A stretch of 64,000 nucleotides of DNA, from the NCBI GenBank assembly GCA_963764625.1, contig CAVXTH010000005.1:32001-96000 (forward strand), given 5' to 3'. Made by a program: the position numbers and the translations under genes. Shown here piece after piece: positions 35,272 through 45,894 of this stretch (positions within the stretch are counted from its first letter, which is position 1; each line of letters starts with the position of its first letter). Source of the DNA: Candidatus Krumholzibacteriota bacterium. GTDB taxonomy: Bacteria; Krumholzibacteriota; Krumholzibacteriia; JAJRXK01. The notes beneath the pieces are model-generated. The model made no database searches and was not told the DNA's origin. It saw nothing but the letters and a program-made list of their open reading frames with translations.

Positions 35272-38200
35272 CTAAAACGACCCGACCTGTCCGAAGTAGC
35301 CGCCGAGACTCTGGTTGCCCCGTTGAATCTTCAAGTCGGGGATGCTCCGCAGGTAGATGCGGAAAGAGAAGTCGGAGGAGTTGGTGACCGAGCGGCGGAA
35401 CTCGATGCGCCACTGGTGGATATCGCGACTCAGACTGTAGCTCTGGTTGGTGAAATTTCCGGTCTCCACGTCGAAGTTGGCCGAGTAATCCAGATTCCAG
35501 GAGATGGGCAGGATCGCGCTCATCCGGGTGGAGATGGTGGCACGAGTGGGACTGTTGCGGCCGTTGGTGATACTCGCGCGGGCGTTGAAATTCCAGGGCA
35601 TGGTGTTGTCTTTGCTGCTCCGCTTCAGCTCCTGTCCCCCCGTCTGTCCAAACCAACTCTCGTCCTCGCGCGAGGTGGCCAGAGTGTCCGCTGGTTCTCC
35701 GATGCGCTCCACCACCGCGTTCTTGGGCTCCTTTCGCTCCAGGAACAACCCGCCAAAATCCATCTTTCCGTCCAGCCGCAGGTTGGTGCTCACGGTGGTG
35801 GAGAGCACCTGAAAGCGATAGGGATCGATGGACTGGTTCATGGTGAAATCGACGGCGCGCGTGAAGCCGGGGCTCAGACGCACCGTGGATCCGATGTTGT
35901 CCCAATTCTGGCCGGCAGGATCGTCGGGCCGGTAGCTGGTGGAGAGATCCCAGGTGAGCAGGCGTTCGAGCTTGCGCATTTCCTCCTTTTGGCCGGTCCC
36001 CTCGTCGCTCACGAGCTCTGATTCCGGGGATCCGGCGACGGCTTTATTCGTGCCGGAGACGCCCGACCGGTCGGCGCTCGGGTGCACGGCGTACTTGAAG
36101 CTCAGCTCGTTGCCCACTCTAATGCCGATGCTCTGACTTGCGCTCTGCTTGTCGCCGAGCTGCGGCCGCCACGAGTGACTCACCGCGAGCGAGAATTTGT
36201 GCTTCACGCCGCGCAGCGCCCCCAGGTGAGTGTCGAAGATCCCGTAGAGGTTCGTGCTCAGAGAATTGCGCCAGGACAGGCTCGGCGTGGTGCCCTCTTC
36301 CAGTTTGTCAGTTTCCGAGTCCAGCTCGTAGACCTCTTGGGTCTGGACATTGCCGTCGCCGTCGAGGATGGGGTTGCCGCTGCCGTCCTTGAGAGTGTCG
36401 GTGCGCGCTAGGTAGGTCTGCGAGAAGGTCGTGCGCCGGGAGTAGGCTTCCGCGAAACTCCCCGAGGAAGTCAAATTGAACGGCCCCAGGCGATACTGGG
36501 GGTTGTAGCTCAGGCCCCAGTTTCCCGAGGCGCTCAACTCGTCCACTCGACCGATCTCGTGCCTCTCGCGTTGGACGTCGCCCCGGTAGCTCTGGCTGAA
36601 GGTCATGTCTCTCAGGAGCTGCGCGGGGGCGCTCCCCTCGCCGCGCCGGCGCGCGGGCCCCAAGAGAGGCCGGCTCTTGAAGCTCAGACTCACGCTGGGA
36701 AGGGTCTGGCGGTAAATGAGATGGTCGGTGGTGGGATCGTCGTCCTCGGCGTTCACGTACTGGGTACGGGTGCCCGAGAGGTTGAGTCTCGCCCCCGACT
36801 CGAACCCGCGGCTCAGGCTCAGATTGCTGCGCAACTCGGTGGGCAGAAGATCGGCCGAATTGCCAGTGATGGGATCGACGTTGGTGATGGTGTTGGACGT
36901 GAGGTTCAGATTCGACGTGAGATTCCAGGCGTCGAAGAGCTCGGGCTGGCGGTGGTTGGCGAGAAATTTCCACTCCTTGCCCTTCTGATTCTGCTTGAGA
37001 GTGGTGGTCCAGGTGAACTCCACGTCGCCGCTGTACTTATACCTTAGGTTGTAGCGATTGCGAATCTGCAGCGAGAGGTCCCTCCTCTCGTTGAAAGCCC
37101 CCTTGAATGTGAAGTCGGTGTACTCGTTCGTGGCCCAGTAGTAACCCAGATCGCGAATGTAGCGGCCTTCGCGTCCACTCACTCCCAGGTTCACGTTGGG
37201 AAACATGATCCCCGAGTGGCGGCCGGAGTCGATCTTCTTGAAGAAGAAGGGAAAGGCGAAGACGGGCAGATCGCTGATGTAGAAGGTGACCTGCCGCGCC
37301 ACCACGCTCTTGCCGATCTTCACTTTCATCTTCTTCGCGGAGAAGTGGTAGTGGGGGTGCTCGAGATCGCACGAGGTGAACATCCCTCCGCGCACCAGCA
37401 GGGTTTCGTCGTTCACGCGGCGCACGTGACGACCGTAGTAGAACCCGTCGTCATAGCGCGTGATTCCATGGTCCACCGCCCCAGTCTTGTAGTCGAAGAG
37501 ATAGCCCATCCTATCTCCCACCAGCTTGCTGCTCGTGTCGATGATCATGGGTTCACCCTCGGCGATCAGCTCCCTCTCGTTGGTGTCGAAGTCGATGGAC
37601 TTGGCAGTCAGAGTGAGGTCCTGGTGACTCACGAGCGCGGTGCCCTGGATCTTGATGCGACCCTTGGGAACCCAGAAAACGGTCGACTCGCCGGAGTACC
37701 CCACGGTGTCCGCCAGGTGGGAGAAATCGACGAGCCCATCTTGCAATTCGGGGCCCGTGGACTCTTCCTTCAACTTCAGGCTGTCCAGCTCCACCCCTTC
37801 CGCCTGGGCCAAACTGTCCAGGCGCGCGTGCCGCATCGCAGCGAGGGAATCGCGTTCGGCCCGAATGCGGAGCACGCGACTGCGGTCGAGGAAGTGGTAC
37901 TTTCCCTGACTCGAACCGGTGATGGTGACCCGCTCCACGCGCCCATTTGCGAAGGCGATCTCGATGGAATCCCCCTCGGCCTCGTTCACCGAGATCACGT
38001 CGGTCTGGTCCTCCGGCAAATAGACGCTCTGCGCGTGACCGCTCACGCTGGTACGCAGGACTTCGCCTTCCTTCAGATCGATGTACAGACTGTCCCCGTG
38101 AAGCTCGTTTGTCAGCGGGATGCCCTTGAACTGTGATTTGAGAGTGTCGGGGCTGGAGTCCACCAGACTGGCTTTCCCGAGGATCGCGATGTGCCGCAGT

Positions 38201-39156
38201 TCTCCCGACAGATAGCCGAAGCGAATCGTCGACCCGGTCATGACCTGATCTTCCTGCTTCACTCGGGGCGAACCCCTCAGAATCAGAAGATCCTCGCCGT
38301 AGAAATCCGCCGTGTCCGCGTCGGCGATGGTCTGACCCTGTTGAAAGTGCACCTCTCCGATCGCCCGGCTGTGCTCGTTCTGGGTATCGAAGCTCATCCA
38401 CTTGCTCTTCACTGCAGCGGTCGCGCCCTCTTGATGCCGGCTGCGCAGCGTGGGGAGCGAATCGACGTAGGCGTAGCCCGTGCCGCGTTCGAACACGGCG
38501 TGCTCCCCGGTCACCACGGTGTGCGCCTCCTCGTCGACGAGCTTCACCGCGCCGAAGGCCTTCAGGCGCTGGGCGGCGCGGTCGTAGAAAAGGCTGTCGC
38601 CATCGACCGTGGTGGTCGAATCGACGAGACGAGCCGAACCAACCAGAGCCATGGCGTCGCGATCCCGCCAGTAGATCCCGCGCTCGCCGGTGCCCTTCGA
38701 ACCGTCATTGGTGAGTAGGCGGACGTGGCCGTAGGCCCAACCCACGCCCTGGGTTTCCCCCACCCGCAAGGAATCGGCCCAGAGTTGGAGCGAGTCGGTG
38801 ATCGCGTGGACGTTTCCCACCACCCAGATGTAACGATCGCTCTCGTAGTAACGTGCGCGATCCGCCGTCACGTGGAGTTTGCCCTGCCTGAAATAGGCCT
38901 CGCCCACTCCGAAGAAGACGTACCCGTCGGAAGTGAGAAGTCGCCGTCCGCTCGCCGCGCCGTAGTACATGCGCTCGGCGGGCTTGGCCTTGGATGGGGT
39001 TTGGCTGGGGAGAGCGTTGGCGGCCAGGATCGCGGCCAGAGAGAGCACGCAGAAGAGCGCAAGCGTCCGTCGCCCGAACCTGAGGAATTGGGTCCTTGCC
39101 GGTGGCACACGAAATGAAGCCGAAAAGCGGCTCAAGTCAGGACTCCATCTCCCCAT
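35272..39156 (-). CDS. lptD: LPS-assembly protein LptD-like with extended OstA beta-jellyroll N-terminus (start uncertain)
   Basis: Repeated GxVxx/ADS beta-taco segments, FTSCDLEHPHY, LGYYWA, barrel ending RDIHQW...F.IY...IPDLK. Confidence 0.8.
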   Translation of the reverse strand: MGRWSPDLSRFSASFRVPPARTQFLRFGRRTLALFCVLSLAAILAANALPSQTPSKAKPAERMYYGAASGRRLLTSDGYVFFGVGEAYFRQGKLHVTADRARYYESDRYIWVVGNVHAITDSLQLWADSLRVGETQGVGWAYGHVRLLTNDGSKGTGERGIYWRDRDAMALVGSARLVDSTTTVDGDSLFYDRAAQRLKAFGAVKLVDEEAHTVVTGEHAVFERGTGYAYVDSLPTLRSRHQEGATAAVKSKWMSFDTQNEHSRAIGEVHFQQGQTIADADTADFYGEDLLILRGSPRVKQEDQVMTGSTIRFGYLSGELRHIAILGKASLVDSSPDTLKSQFKGIPLTNELHGDSLYIDLKEGEVLRTSVSGHAQSVYLPEDQTDVISVNEAEGDSIEIAFANGRVERVTITGSSQGKYHFLDRSRVLRIRAERDSLAAMRHARLDSLAQAEGVELDSLKLKEESTGPELQDGLVDFSHLADTVGYSGESTVFWVPKGRIKIQGTALVSHQDLTLTAKSIDFDTNERELIAEGEPMIIDTSSKLVGDRMGYLFDYKTGAVDHGITRYDDGFYYGRHVRRVNDETLLVRGGMFTSCDLEHPHYHFSAKKMKVKIGKSVVARQVTFYISDLPVFAFPFFFKKIDSGRHSGIMFPNVNLGVSGREGRYIRDLGYYWATNEYTDFTFKGAFNERRDLSLQIRNRYNLRYKYSGDVEFTWTTTLKQNQKGKEWKFLANHRQPELFDAWNLTSNLNLTSNTITNVDPITGNSADLLPTELRSNLSLSRGFESGARLNLSGTRTQYVNAEDDDPTTDHLIYRQTLPSVSLSFKSRPLLGPARRRGEGSAPAQLLRDMTFSQSYRGDVQRERHEIGRVDELSASGNWGLSYNPQYRLGPFNLTSSGSFAEAYSRRTTFSQTYLARTDTLKDGSGNPILDGDGNVQTQEVYELDSETDKLEEGTTPSLSWRNSLSTNLYGIFDTHLGALRGVKHKFSLAVSHSWRPQLGDKQSASQSIGIRVGNELSFKYAVHPSADRSGVSGTNKAVAGSPESELVSDEGTGQKEEMRKLERLLTWDLSTSYRPDDPAGQNWDNIGSTVRLSPGFTRAVDFTMNQSIDPYRFQVLSTTVSTNLRLDGKMDFGGLFLERKEPKNAVVERIGEPADTLATSREDESWFGQTGGQELKRSSKDNTMPWNFNARASITNGRNSPTRATISTRMSAILPISWNLDYSANFDVETGNFTNQSYSLSRDIHQWRIEFRRSVTNSSDFSFRIYLRSIPDLKIQRGNQSLGGYFGQVGSF

Positions 39157-40114
39157 TTTCGGAGAGAGCGTGGCGTGCGAGCAGAGCCGCTCCGATCGCC
39201 GCCGCGGGAAGCCCCAGCTCGGCGGACACCATGCGCACCCCCTTCCGGGCGGCAGACATCGAGCGCTCTTTCATGCTCTTGCGCGCCGGCCCCAGCAGCG
39301 CGTCACCGCACAGGGCCGCTCCCCCTCCGATCACGATGACATCGGGGTTGAAGATGTTCACGTAGCTCGCGCAGACCAGACCCAGAAGACGTCCCACGTC
39401 GGCCAGGATGGACGAGCTGAGGGGGTCTCCTTTCGCGGCCGCGGCAGCAATCGCTCGCGTCGAAAGTTCGCCTTCGGCCCGGCAGGCGGAGAGAAGTGCT
39501 TCCTTCTGCTCGTCTTGCGCCGCGTCGAGCCGACTCCCGGCAAGAACGGCGATCCCCTTGCTTCCCAGATAGGCCTCCACATGACCGGGCTCTCCGCAGC
39601 TACATTCCGGGCCGTCGACCTGGACGGTCATATGTCCCAACTCCCCGGCCACCCCCCGAGTTCCCCGGTAGAGCTTGCCATCGATGAGAATCGCTCCTCC
39701 CACCCCGGTCCCCAGGGCGAGAAGGATCGCGTGGCGCGCGCCGCGCGCCGCACCCAGATAGAGTTCGCCGTAGCCCATGGCGTTCACGTCATTCTCCGCC
39801 ACCACCGCCAGACCCAAAAGACCCTCGGAGACCTCGTCCGCCACCCGCCAGGTGCGAAGCTCGGGCAGATTGGGAGCGTCTTCGAGAACCCCCTGGTCGG
39901 TCAAAAGACCGGCTACCGCCACCCCGGCCGCCAACGGAGCTTCGCTTTCGCGTAACCAGGGCATCACCGCGTCCTGGAGCCTCTTCACGAAGTCCGACGG
40001 TCCGGAGAGTTCTCCCGTGGCAAAGCTGCACTCGCGCCTCACTGCATTTTCCGCATCCAGGGCGACCACCTTGCAGCTGCTCCCGCCGATATCGATGCCG
40101 AGGACTTCACTCAC
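39137..40114 (-). CDS. ROK family sugar kinase (glucokinase)
   Basis: GIDIGG, ENDVNA, LGTGVGG, GELGH, CSCG..GH.E. Confidence 0.92.
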   Translation of the reverse strand: MSEVLGIDIGGSSCKVVALDAENAVRRECSFATGELSGPSDFVKRLQDAVMPWLRESEAPLAAGVAVAGLLTDQGVLEDAPNLPELRTWRVADEVSEGLLGLAVVAENDVNAMGYGELYLGAARGARHAILLALGTGVGGAILIDGKLYRGTRGVAGELGHMTVQVDGPECSCGEPGHVEAYLGSKGIAVLAGSRLDAAQDEQKEALLSACRAEGELSTRAIAAAAAKGDPLSSSILADVGRLLGLVCASYVNIFNPDVIVIGGGAALCGDALLGPARKSMKERSMSAARKGVRMVSAELGLPAAAIGAALLARHALSENGEMES

Positions 40115-41493
40115 TCCTGAGCCTCCTGCTTCTGTTGCCTTGGGCGACGCCGAAGGGGTTTGCCTTCGTCCCACAGGCGGGGACGAGAACTTGCGTGGAT
40201 GTCGTCGACTCCGAGGCGATCGAGAGCCTCCGCCACCGTGAAGTTCGAACCGGTGAGTAGAATGGAGGGGGTTCCCCCCACCACACGGCGTTGCTTCGCC
40301 CACTCGCGCGCGTGGAGCAGACTCTCGCGCACGCTCCCTACTTGCAATACTTTCGAGTCCCCTCCTCCGGGCGCTGAGCTGAGCGCGCGGACGAGTTCGG
40401 CCGCGGGAAGGGAGCGATACCAGCTAGGCTCGGCGCAGAGAATCACCGCCGCGCTCCGACGGATCGTCGCCAGAACTCCGGCCAGCTTCTTGTCTCGCAT
40501 CACCCCGAGCACCAGCAATCGGTTCTCCTTCTTCCCCTCGTGGCCCCATTGGTGAAGGAGGCCCCTCAGGGCCGGCGTGTTGTGGGCGGTATCCACGATG
40601 AGCTCCGGCTCCTCTCCCACGACTTCGAAGCGATAGGGAAACCGGACTCGGGCGAGAGCGGCTTCGGTGTCGCCCCGGGGCCAACCGTAACGCGAACTCA
40701 GATCCTCATAACACGCTCTCACCACGGAGGCCAGCATGGCCTGATGCCGGCCACGTTGCGCCAGAGTTCCTTCGTAGGGAGAACAGCTTCCCAGGTCGAT
40801 CGCTTCGGCGCCGCGCTCGGCGAGAAAATCAAGAGCGAACGCGCGCAGATCTCGACTCATTGGCCCCAGGTAGAAGGGGCGGCCCCTCCTGGCGAGGCCC
40901 AGCTTCTCGCTGGCAATCTCGCGCAGGCTTTCCCCCAGAATGTGCTGATGATCCGCGCCCACCGAACAGAGCAGCGCGCCGAGCGCATCCACCGCGTTCG
41001 TCGCGTCCAGGCGTCCGCCCAATCCCGTCTCGAGCACGGCCAACTCCACTCCCTTGCGCGCGAAGTGACACAGAGACAGAGCCGTCATCGTCTCGAAGAA
41101 CGTGGCGCCTCGGGCGACGATCTTCTCTCGATGCTCCTCTAGCAGCGCGGCCAGCTCCGCGGTGGAAATCGGAACCCCGTCGACCAGCGCTCGCTCGTGG
41201 ATCTCGAGAATGTGCGGACTGGTGTAGAGGCCGGTCCGCATTCCCGCCGCCCGACTCAGAGCATCCAAGAGGATGGCTGCGGTTCCCTTGCCGTTGGTGC
41301 CCGCGATGACGATGCTCTGAAACTCCCTCTCGGGATGACCCATGTCCTGCAGCAGTGCCTTGATGGACGACAGTCCGAGGCGCATCCCCAAGCGGTGCAG
41401 ACCAAAAAGCCATCGCGCGGCCGGGTCGGTGGCACGAAATGGAGGGAGCAGTGCGTCGAGATCGAGGGATTCAGGAATGGGCTCCGGCCCCAT
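40111..41493 (-). CDS. folC: Folylpolyglutamate synthase/dihydrofolate synthase
   Basis: AGTNGKG, YTSPH, ETGLGGRLDATN, DTAHN. Confidence 0.93.
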   Translation of the reverse strand: MGPEPIPESLDLDALLPPFRATDPAARWLFGLHRLGMRLGLSSIKALLQDMGHPEREFQSIVIAGTNGKGTAAILLDALSRAAGMRTGLYTSPHILEIHERALVDGVPISTAELAALLEEHREKIVARGATFFETMTALSLCHFARKGVELAVLETGLGGRLDATNAVDALGALLCSVGADHQHILGESLREIASEKLGLARRGRPFYLGPMSRDLRAFALDFLAERGAEAIDLGSCSPYEGTLAQRGRHQAMLASVVRACYEDLSSRYGWPRGDTEAALARVRFPYRFEVVGEEPELIVDTAHNTPALRGLLHQWGHEGKKENRLLVLGVMRDKKLAGVLATIRRSAAVILCAEPSWYRSLPAAELVRALSSAPGGGDSKVLQVGSVRESLLHAREWAKQRRVVGGTPSILLTGSNFTVAEALDRLGVDDIHASSRPRLWDEGKPLRRRPRQQKQEAQE

Positions 41494-42385
41494 CGGACTC
41501 CTCCCGCCAAGGCTTCACGCCATCGCAAAAGAAACGAAGAGCCTCGAACACCTCGTGCTTGAGATTCTTGCGCTCCACGATGCGATCCACCATCCCGTGC
41601 TCGAGGAGGAACTCGCTCCGTTGGAAGCCGTCCGGGAGCTCGGCGTTGATCGTCTGTTGAATGACCCGTGGGCCCGCGAAACCGATGAGCGCGCCCGGTT
41701 CCGCGAAGATGACGTCACCCAGCATGGCGAAGCTGGCAGTGACGCCTCCAGTGGTGGGATTGGTGAGGATCGAGATGAAGGGCAAGCCCTCCTCCGTGAG
41801 CCGGGCGAGCATCGCGCTCGTCTTCGCCATCTGCATGAGCGAGAGGATCGACTCCTGCATCCGCGCTCCACCGCTACGGCTGAGAATGATGACGGGAAGT
41901 TCGTTCGTGATTCCATCTTTCACGCAGCGTGCGATCTTTTCTCCTACCACCGAACCCATGCTTCCCCCGAGAAACGAGAAGTCCATGATGGCGACCGCCG
42001 CCTTGACCCCGTGAATCGTGGCGAAGCCGGTGAGCACCGCGTCTTCCTTGCCCGTCTTGGCGCGATTCTCCTTGATGCGATCGCGGTAGCGTTTCGAATC
42101 CTTGAAATTCAACGGGTCACCGCTCACCAGACCGCGATGCATTTCTTCGAAGCTCCCATCGTCCACCAACAGGTGAAGGTACTGCTCGGTGGAAATGGCC
42201 ATGTGGTGGCCGCACTGGTAGCAGACCCACAGGTTGGCCGCGAGCTCTTTGTGATAGATGAGGTCTCCGCAGGACGAGCACTTGGTCCAGAGATTCTCCG
42301 GCACCTCGAGGTGCGGGCGCACCGGCTTGCCGTCTTTTCGCAGCTGCTCGATGCCCTTGCGCGCGCGTTTGAGCCAGGATGGCAT
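41471..42385 (-). CDS. accD: Acetyl-CoA carboxylase carboxyltransferase beta subunit
   Basis: LWTKC..C, GGSMGSVVGEK, GGARMQE, PTTGGVTASFA, GFAGPRVI. Confidence 0.97.
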   Translation of the reverse strand: MPSWLKRARKGIEQLRKDGKPVRPHLEVPENLWTKCSSCGDLIYHKELAANLWVCYQCGHHMAISTEQYLHLLVDDGSFEEMHRGLVSGDPLNFKDSKRYRDRIKENRAKTGKEDAVLTGFATIHGVKAAVAIMDFSFLGGSMGSVVGEKIARCVKDGITNELPVIILSRSGGARMQESILSLMQMAKTSAMLARLTEEGLPFISILTNPTTGGVTASFAMLGDVIFAEPGALIGFAGPRVIQQTINAELPDGFQRSEFLLEHGMVDRIVERKNLKHEVFEALRFFCDGVKPWREESDGAGAHS

Positions 42386-42484
42386 GGAACGAATCACTCC
42401 CCGTGTTCACCGAGAAACTCGGCGCCGCCTTCAATCTAGGCCCCTTCTCCACCTTTCGACAATCGCTTTCCCTGAGGAGAGCAG

Positions 42485-42973
42485 CTAGTGCGACGAATCG
42501 GGGTCCAAGGAGGGGTGGCTCGAGGACCCCAGGTGCTTGAGCATGACGACCGCATCCTCGCCCGTATCCGGATAATAGCCCCTTCTCAGCGCGATCTCCT
42601 TGAAACCGTTGCGCCGGTAGAATGCGCGCGCGGGGAGGTTCTCCTCGCGCACTTCCAGAGTGACCAGTGAGGCCCCGCTGGAAAGAGAATGGGACATGAC
42701 GGCTTCTAGAAGAGCCTGGCCAAAGCCCTTCCGCCGCTCGCTCTCCAGCACTCCGAGATTCACCACATGGAGTTCGTCGACCACGCACCAACAGAAGATG
42801 TACCCCACCGGCACTTCGTTCTTCAGAGCGAGGAGAGAGATGCGGGAGGCATCGCCACGAAGTTCCGCCGCGATCATCTCCCGGCTCCAAGGAGTGGGAA
42901 AGATGCTTCTCTCCATGCCGCGAATGGTGCTCAGATCGCCAAGAGTCGCCGGACGGATCTTCAGCTCGCTCAT
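42485..42973 (-). CDS. rimI: Ribosomal protein S18 N-acetyltransferase
   Basis: FPTPWS, RRKGFG, LEVREEN, RRGYY...EDAVVM; follows tsaB. Confidence 0.92.
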   Translation of the reverse strand: MSELKIRPATLGDLSTIRGMERSIFPTPWSREMIAAELRGDASRISLLALKNEVPVGYIFCWCVVDELHVVNLGVLESERRKGFGQALLEAVMSHSLSSGASLVTLEVREENLPARAFYRRNGFKEIALRRGYYPDTGEDAVVMLKHLGSSSHPSLDPDSSH

Positions 42974-43764
42974 CACGGATTCTCTTTGTCCGAGGGACTT
43001 CGTGGTGGTTGCTCGACCCTGATGCCAGTCGCGCGCTCCGCCTGGCTGGGTCCGAGATACACCGGAAGCAGAGCCGTCGGATCCGACCGCACGCACCACG
43101 GACATTTTTCGGCCACGGACAAGGCGAGCGTGCGCGCCATGGGGACGCAAGGTGAGACCTCGACTTCGTCCAGGAAGGTGGGGGCCTGCGCGCGGACGAG
43201 CTCGAGGGTCTCCGGTCCATCTGCCGAAACCAGTGTGAGGCGCGGTCCGTCGCGCAACTCGCGCTCCAGGGCGGGCGCCAGAGCGCGCCAGGCCCCACGT
43301 ACGAGCTCCAGCTCACGTCCTCGCGCCCGGTACGTCGCGGCGTACAGCGCGTCGCGGCCCGCCTCCATCAAGGCCAGGATCTGCAGCGGCTCCGCCAAGC
43401 GATCCGAAACAGGCGTCTTGGCGGCGATGGAACCGTCGGTTTCAAGAAGCGCCTGCCCGGCGAGAAGATCGAGGCTGGTGGCTCCGTAGAGGGGAAGTCC
43501 GCTCGCGTGGGCCAGACTCTTGGCGGTCATCACCCCGATGCGCAGACCGGTGTACGATCCGGGCCCGGTGACCACCGCGAGCTGAGTGATCTCGTCGCGG
43601 GTGCGACCCGCCATCATGAGGGCCCGATCGGCGAGCTCGAAAAACGCCTCCGCGTATCCCTGCGCCGGATCGTGCTCCACCAATGCGACCAGCTTCTCGC
43701 CGGCGACGAGGGCGATGGAGCCCCCCCGGCGACGGGAGGAATCGAGGGCCAGAATCAGACTCAC
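42973..43764 (-). CDS. tsaB: t6A biosynthesis protein TsaB
   Basis: ILALDSS, GPGSYTGLRIG, PVYL. Confidence 0.92.
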   Translation of the reverse strand: MSLILALDSSRRRGGSIALVAGEKLVALVEHDPAQGYAEAFFELADRALMMAGRTRDEITQLAVVTGPGSYTGLRIGVMTAKSLAHASGLPLYGATSLDLLAGQALLETDGSIAAKTPVSDRLAEPLQILALMEAGRDALYAATYRARGRELELVRGAWRALAPALERELRDGPRLTLVSADGPETLELVRAQAPTFLDEVEVSPCVPMARTLALSVAEKCPWCVRSDPTALLPVYLGPSQAERATGIRVEQPPRSPSDKENP

Positions 43765-44276
43765 GCACGCGCCCCCCGGGTCCAACCCTCCACCAACGCG
43801 GGAGCGAATTCGTCCTCCGAGTGGGTGAGGACCAGCTCCCGCAAGGTGCTCTGGCCTGCTCCCTGCGCGCCCACCGTGAGCTGAAGATGGAAGCAGGGAG
43901 CGAGAAGCTCGCGGATCGCTTCCGCCCATTCCACCAGGATCAGGGCTCCTTCCTCTCGCGCCTCCAGCAGGGACGCGTACAGATCTTCTTCGACCCGACC
44001 GTCCATCCGATACAGATCGGAGTGTACCACCAGGCTGATTCCGCTCGGGCCCGTGAGAGGATAGCGGTTTTCCAGGGTGAAAGTGGGAGAAGTCACGATG
44101 CGCTCATCCGCTCCCAACGCGGCCAGAACCCCCTTCACGAATGTCGTCTTCCCCGCCCCGAGATCTCCGGAGAGACAGACCACATCCGAGGGTAGGAGCT
44201 GGGCTGCCAACACTTCCGCCAGTCCCACCGTTTCCACCACGCTGTGGGTTTCGGCCGAAAGGCGCCGCAAGAACAC
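43761..44276 (-). CDS. tsaE: t6A biosynthesis ATPase TsaE
   Basis: GDLGAGKTT, TSPTF, HSDLYR, VEW. Confidence 0.95.
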   Translation of the reverse strand: MFLRRLSAETHSVVETVGLAEVLAAQLLPSDVVCLSGDLGAGKTTFVKGVLAALGADERIVTSPTFTLENRYPLTGPSGISLVVHSDLYRMDGRVEEDLYASLLEAREEGALILVEWAEAIRELLAPCFHLQLTVGAQGAGQSTLRELVLTHSEDEFAPALVEGWTRGARA

Positions 44277-44277
44277 G

Positions 44278-45831
44278 TCAACCCGCCGTGAGGGTGCAAC
44301 ATGGGATGATCATCTCCTCCAGCGAGATGCCTCCGTGTTGAAACGAGCCGCGGTACTGGCGTTCGTACTCGTGGTAGTTCGTGGGATACACGAAGTAGTT
44401 GTAGTCCTTGGCGCAGATGTAGTTCTGGATGGGACTCTCGCGCGGCAATCCGTAGTCGACCGGGTTCTTCATGACGAATGCGGTGCGACTATCGACGTTC
44501 AGGTTATCGCCGTACTTGTAGCGGACGTTGTTGGACGCCTCCTTCTTCGCCTTCACTCTTGCCGCCTTGCGGACTTGTACCGAGCCGTGATCGGTGGTGA
44601 TGACCACCACGTTGCCGGGGTTTTCGGACAGAGAACGCAGAAGATCGAAGATGGCGGAATGCTGGAACCAGGAACGCATCACGCTGCGAAACGCCACTTC
44701 GTCGGGCGCCAGCTCCATGAGCAGATCGTTGGTGGACCGCCCGTGGGCGAGGATGTCCAGAAAGTTGATCACCCCCACTACCAGCGGAACGTCACCCAGG
44801 CTGGGAATCTGCTTCGCCATGGCCTCGGTCTCTTCGATGTTGAACGTCTTGTAGTACTTGAAGCCGACGGAGGCGAGACCGATCCGTTCCAGCTGCGCCT
44901 GAAGTAACTGGGGTTCGAAGGCGTTCTTGCTGCGCTCTTCCTGCGCCGATCCCCGCCACCATCTCGGATACCGGGTGGCGATCTCCAGCGGACTCAACCC
45001 GGCAAAGATCGCGTTGCGCGCGAAGGGAGTAGCAGTCGGCAGAAAACTGTAATAGAGGCTCTCCTCCACGTGATACAGGGGCAAGAGGAAGCTCGCGAGT
45101 TGCCGCCACTGGTCAAGACGCATGCAGTCGATCACGAAGAAGAAGACCTTCTTGCCGGCGCGAAGATGCGGGGCCACCCACTTGGGCACCACGTCGGTGC
45201 TCATCACGGGCCGGTCGTCAGACCTCATCCACGACTTGTAGTTATCTTCCACGAAGCGCCCGAAGTTGGTGTTGGCGTCCCGTAGTTGTTCCCGATGGGT
45301 TTGCACCAGCGAAGTGTCCGACAGTTCACCCAGCCGCAGTTCCCACGTCACGAGTTTCTCGAAGATCCTCGACCAGTCTTCGTGGGTTCTAGCCTCCAAT
45401 CGCTCTCGCGTGAGTTCGTTGAATCCTCGCAGGTAATCCTGCGCCACCTGACGCGCCTGAATCGCGTCCTCGTCGAGGGTCTTCTTCAGGGAGAGGAGAA
45501 TCTGATTGGGGTTGACCGGTTTCACCAGGAAGTCGTTGATCCGTCGGCCCAACGCGCGATCCATGAGCTCCTCTTCGTCGCTCTTGGTGATCATGATCAC
45601 CGGCACGCTATCGTTGAGGTCGCGAATGCCCTGGAGGGTCTCGATGCCGTTGCGGCCGGGCATCATTTCGTCGAGCAAAATCACGTCGAAGCGGCGCTCC
45701 TTCAAGAGCGCCAGAGCGTCGTCCCCGTTGCTCACGCCCTCGACCTCGAAGCCCTTGGCCTGAAGGAAGAGAATCTGACTGCGTAGCTCCTCGATCTGAT
45801 CGTCGACCCACAGGACGGTACGTGTTGCCAT
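44278..45831 (-). CDS. porX: PorX-like response regulator with PglZ (alkaline phosphatase-fold) domain
   Basis: WVDD, LDEMMPG, MITKS, KPVNPNQILL, LPTATPFARNAIFAG, TDHG, FQHGGISLEEM. Confidence 0.88.
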   Translation of the reverse strand: MATRTVLWVDDQIEELRSQILFLQAKGFEVEGVSNGDDALALLKERRFDVILLDEMMPGRNGIETLQGIRDLNDSVPVIMITKSDEEELMDRALGRRINDFLVKPVNPNQILLSLKKTLDEDAIQARQVAQDYLRGFNELTRERLEARTHEDWSRIFEKLVTWELRLGELSDTSLVQTHREQLRDANTNFGRFVEDNYKSWMRSDDRPVMSTDVVPKWVAPHLRAGKKVFFFVIDCMRLDQWRQLASFLLPLYHVEESLYYSFLPTATPFARNAIFAGLSPLEIATRYPRWWRGSAQEERSKNAFEPQLLQAQLERIGLASVGFKYYKTFNIEETEAMAKQIPSLGDVPLVVGVINFLDILAHGRSTNDLLMELAPDEVAFRSVMRSWFQHSAIFDLLRSLSENPGNVVVITTDHGSVQVRKAARVKAKKEASNNVRYKYGDNLNVDSRTAFVMKNPVDYGLPRESPIQNYICAKDYNYFVYPTNYHEYERQYRGSFQHGGISLEEMIIPCCTLTAG

Positions 45832-45894
45832 GGCAGCTCCTGGATGAGGCTCTGGAAGAGAAGCTAGGTCAATTCAGTGCGATCCACTCGTTTA

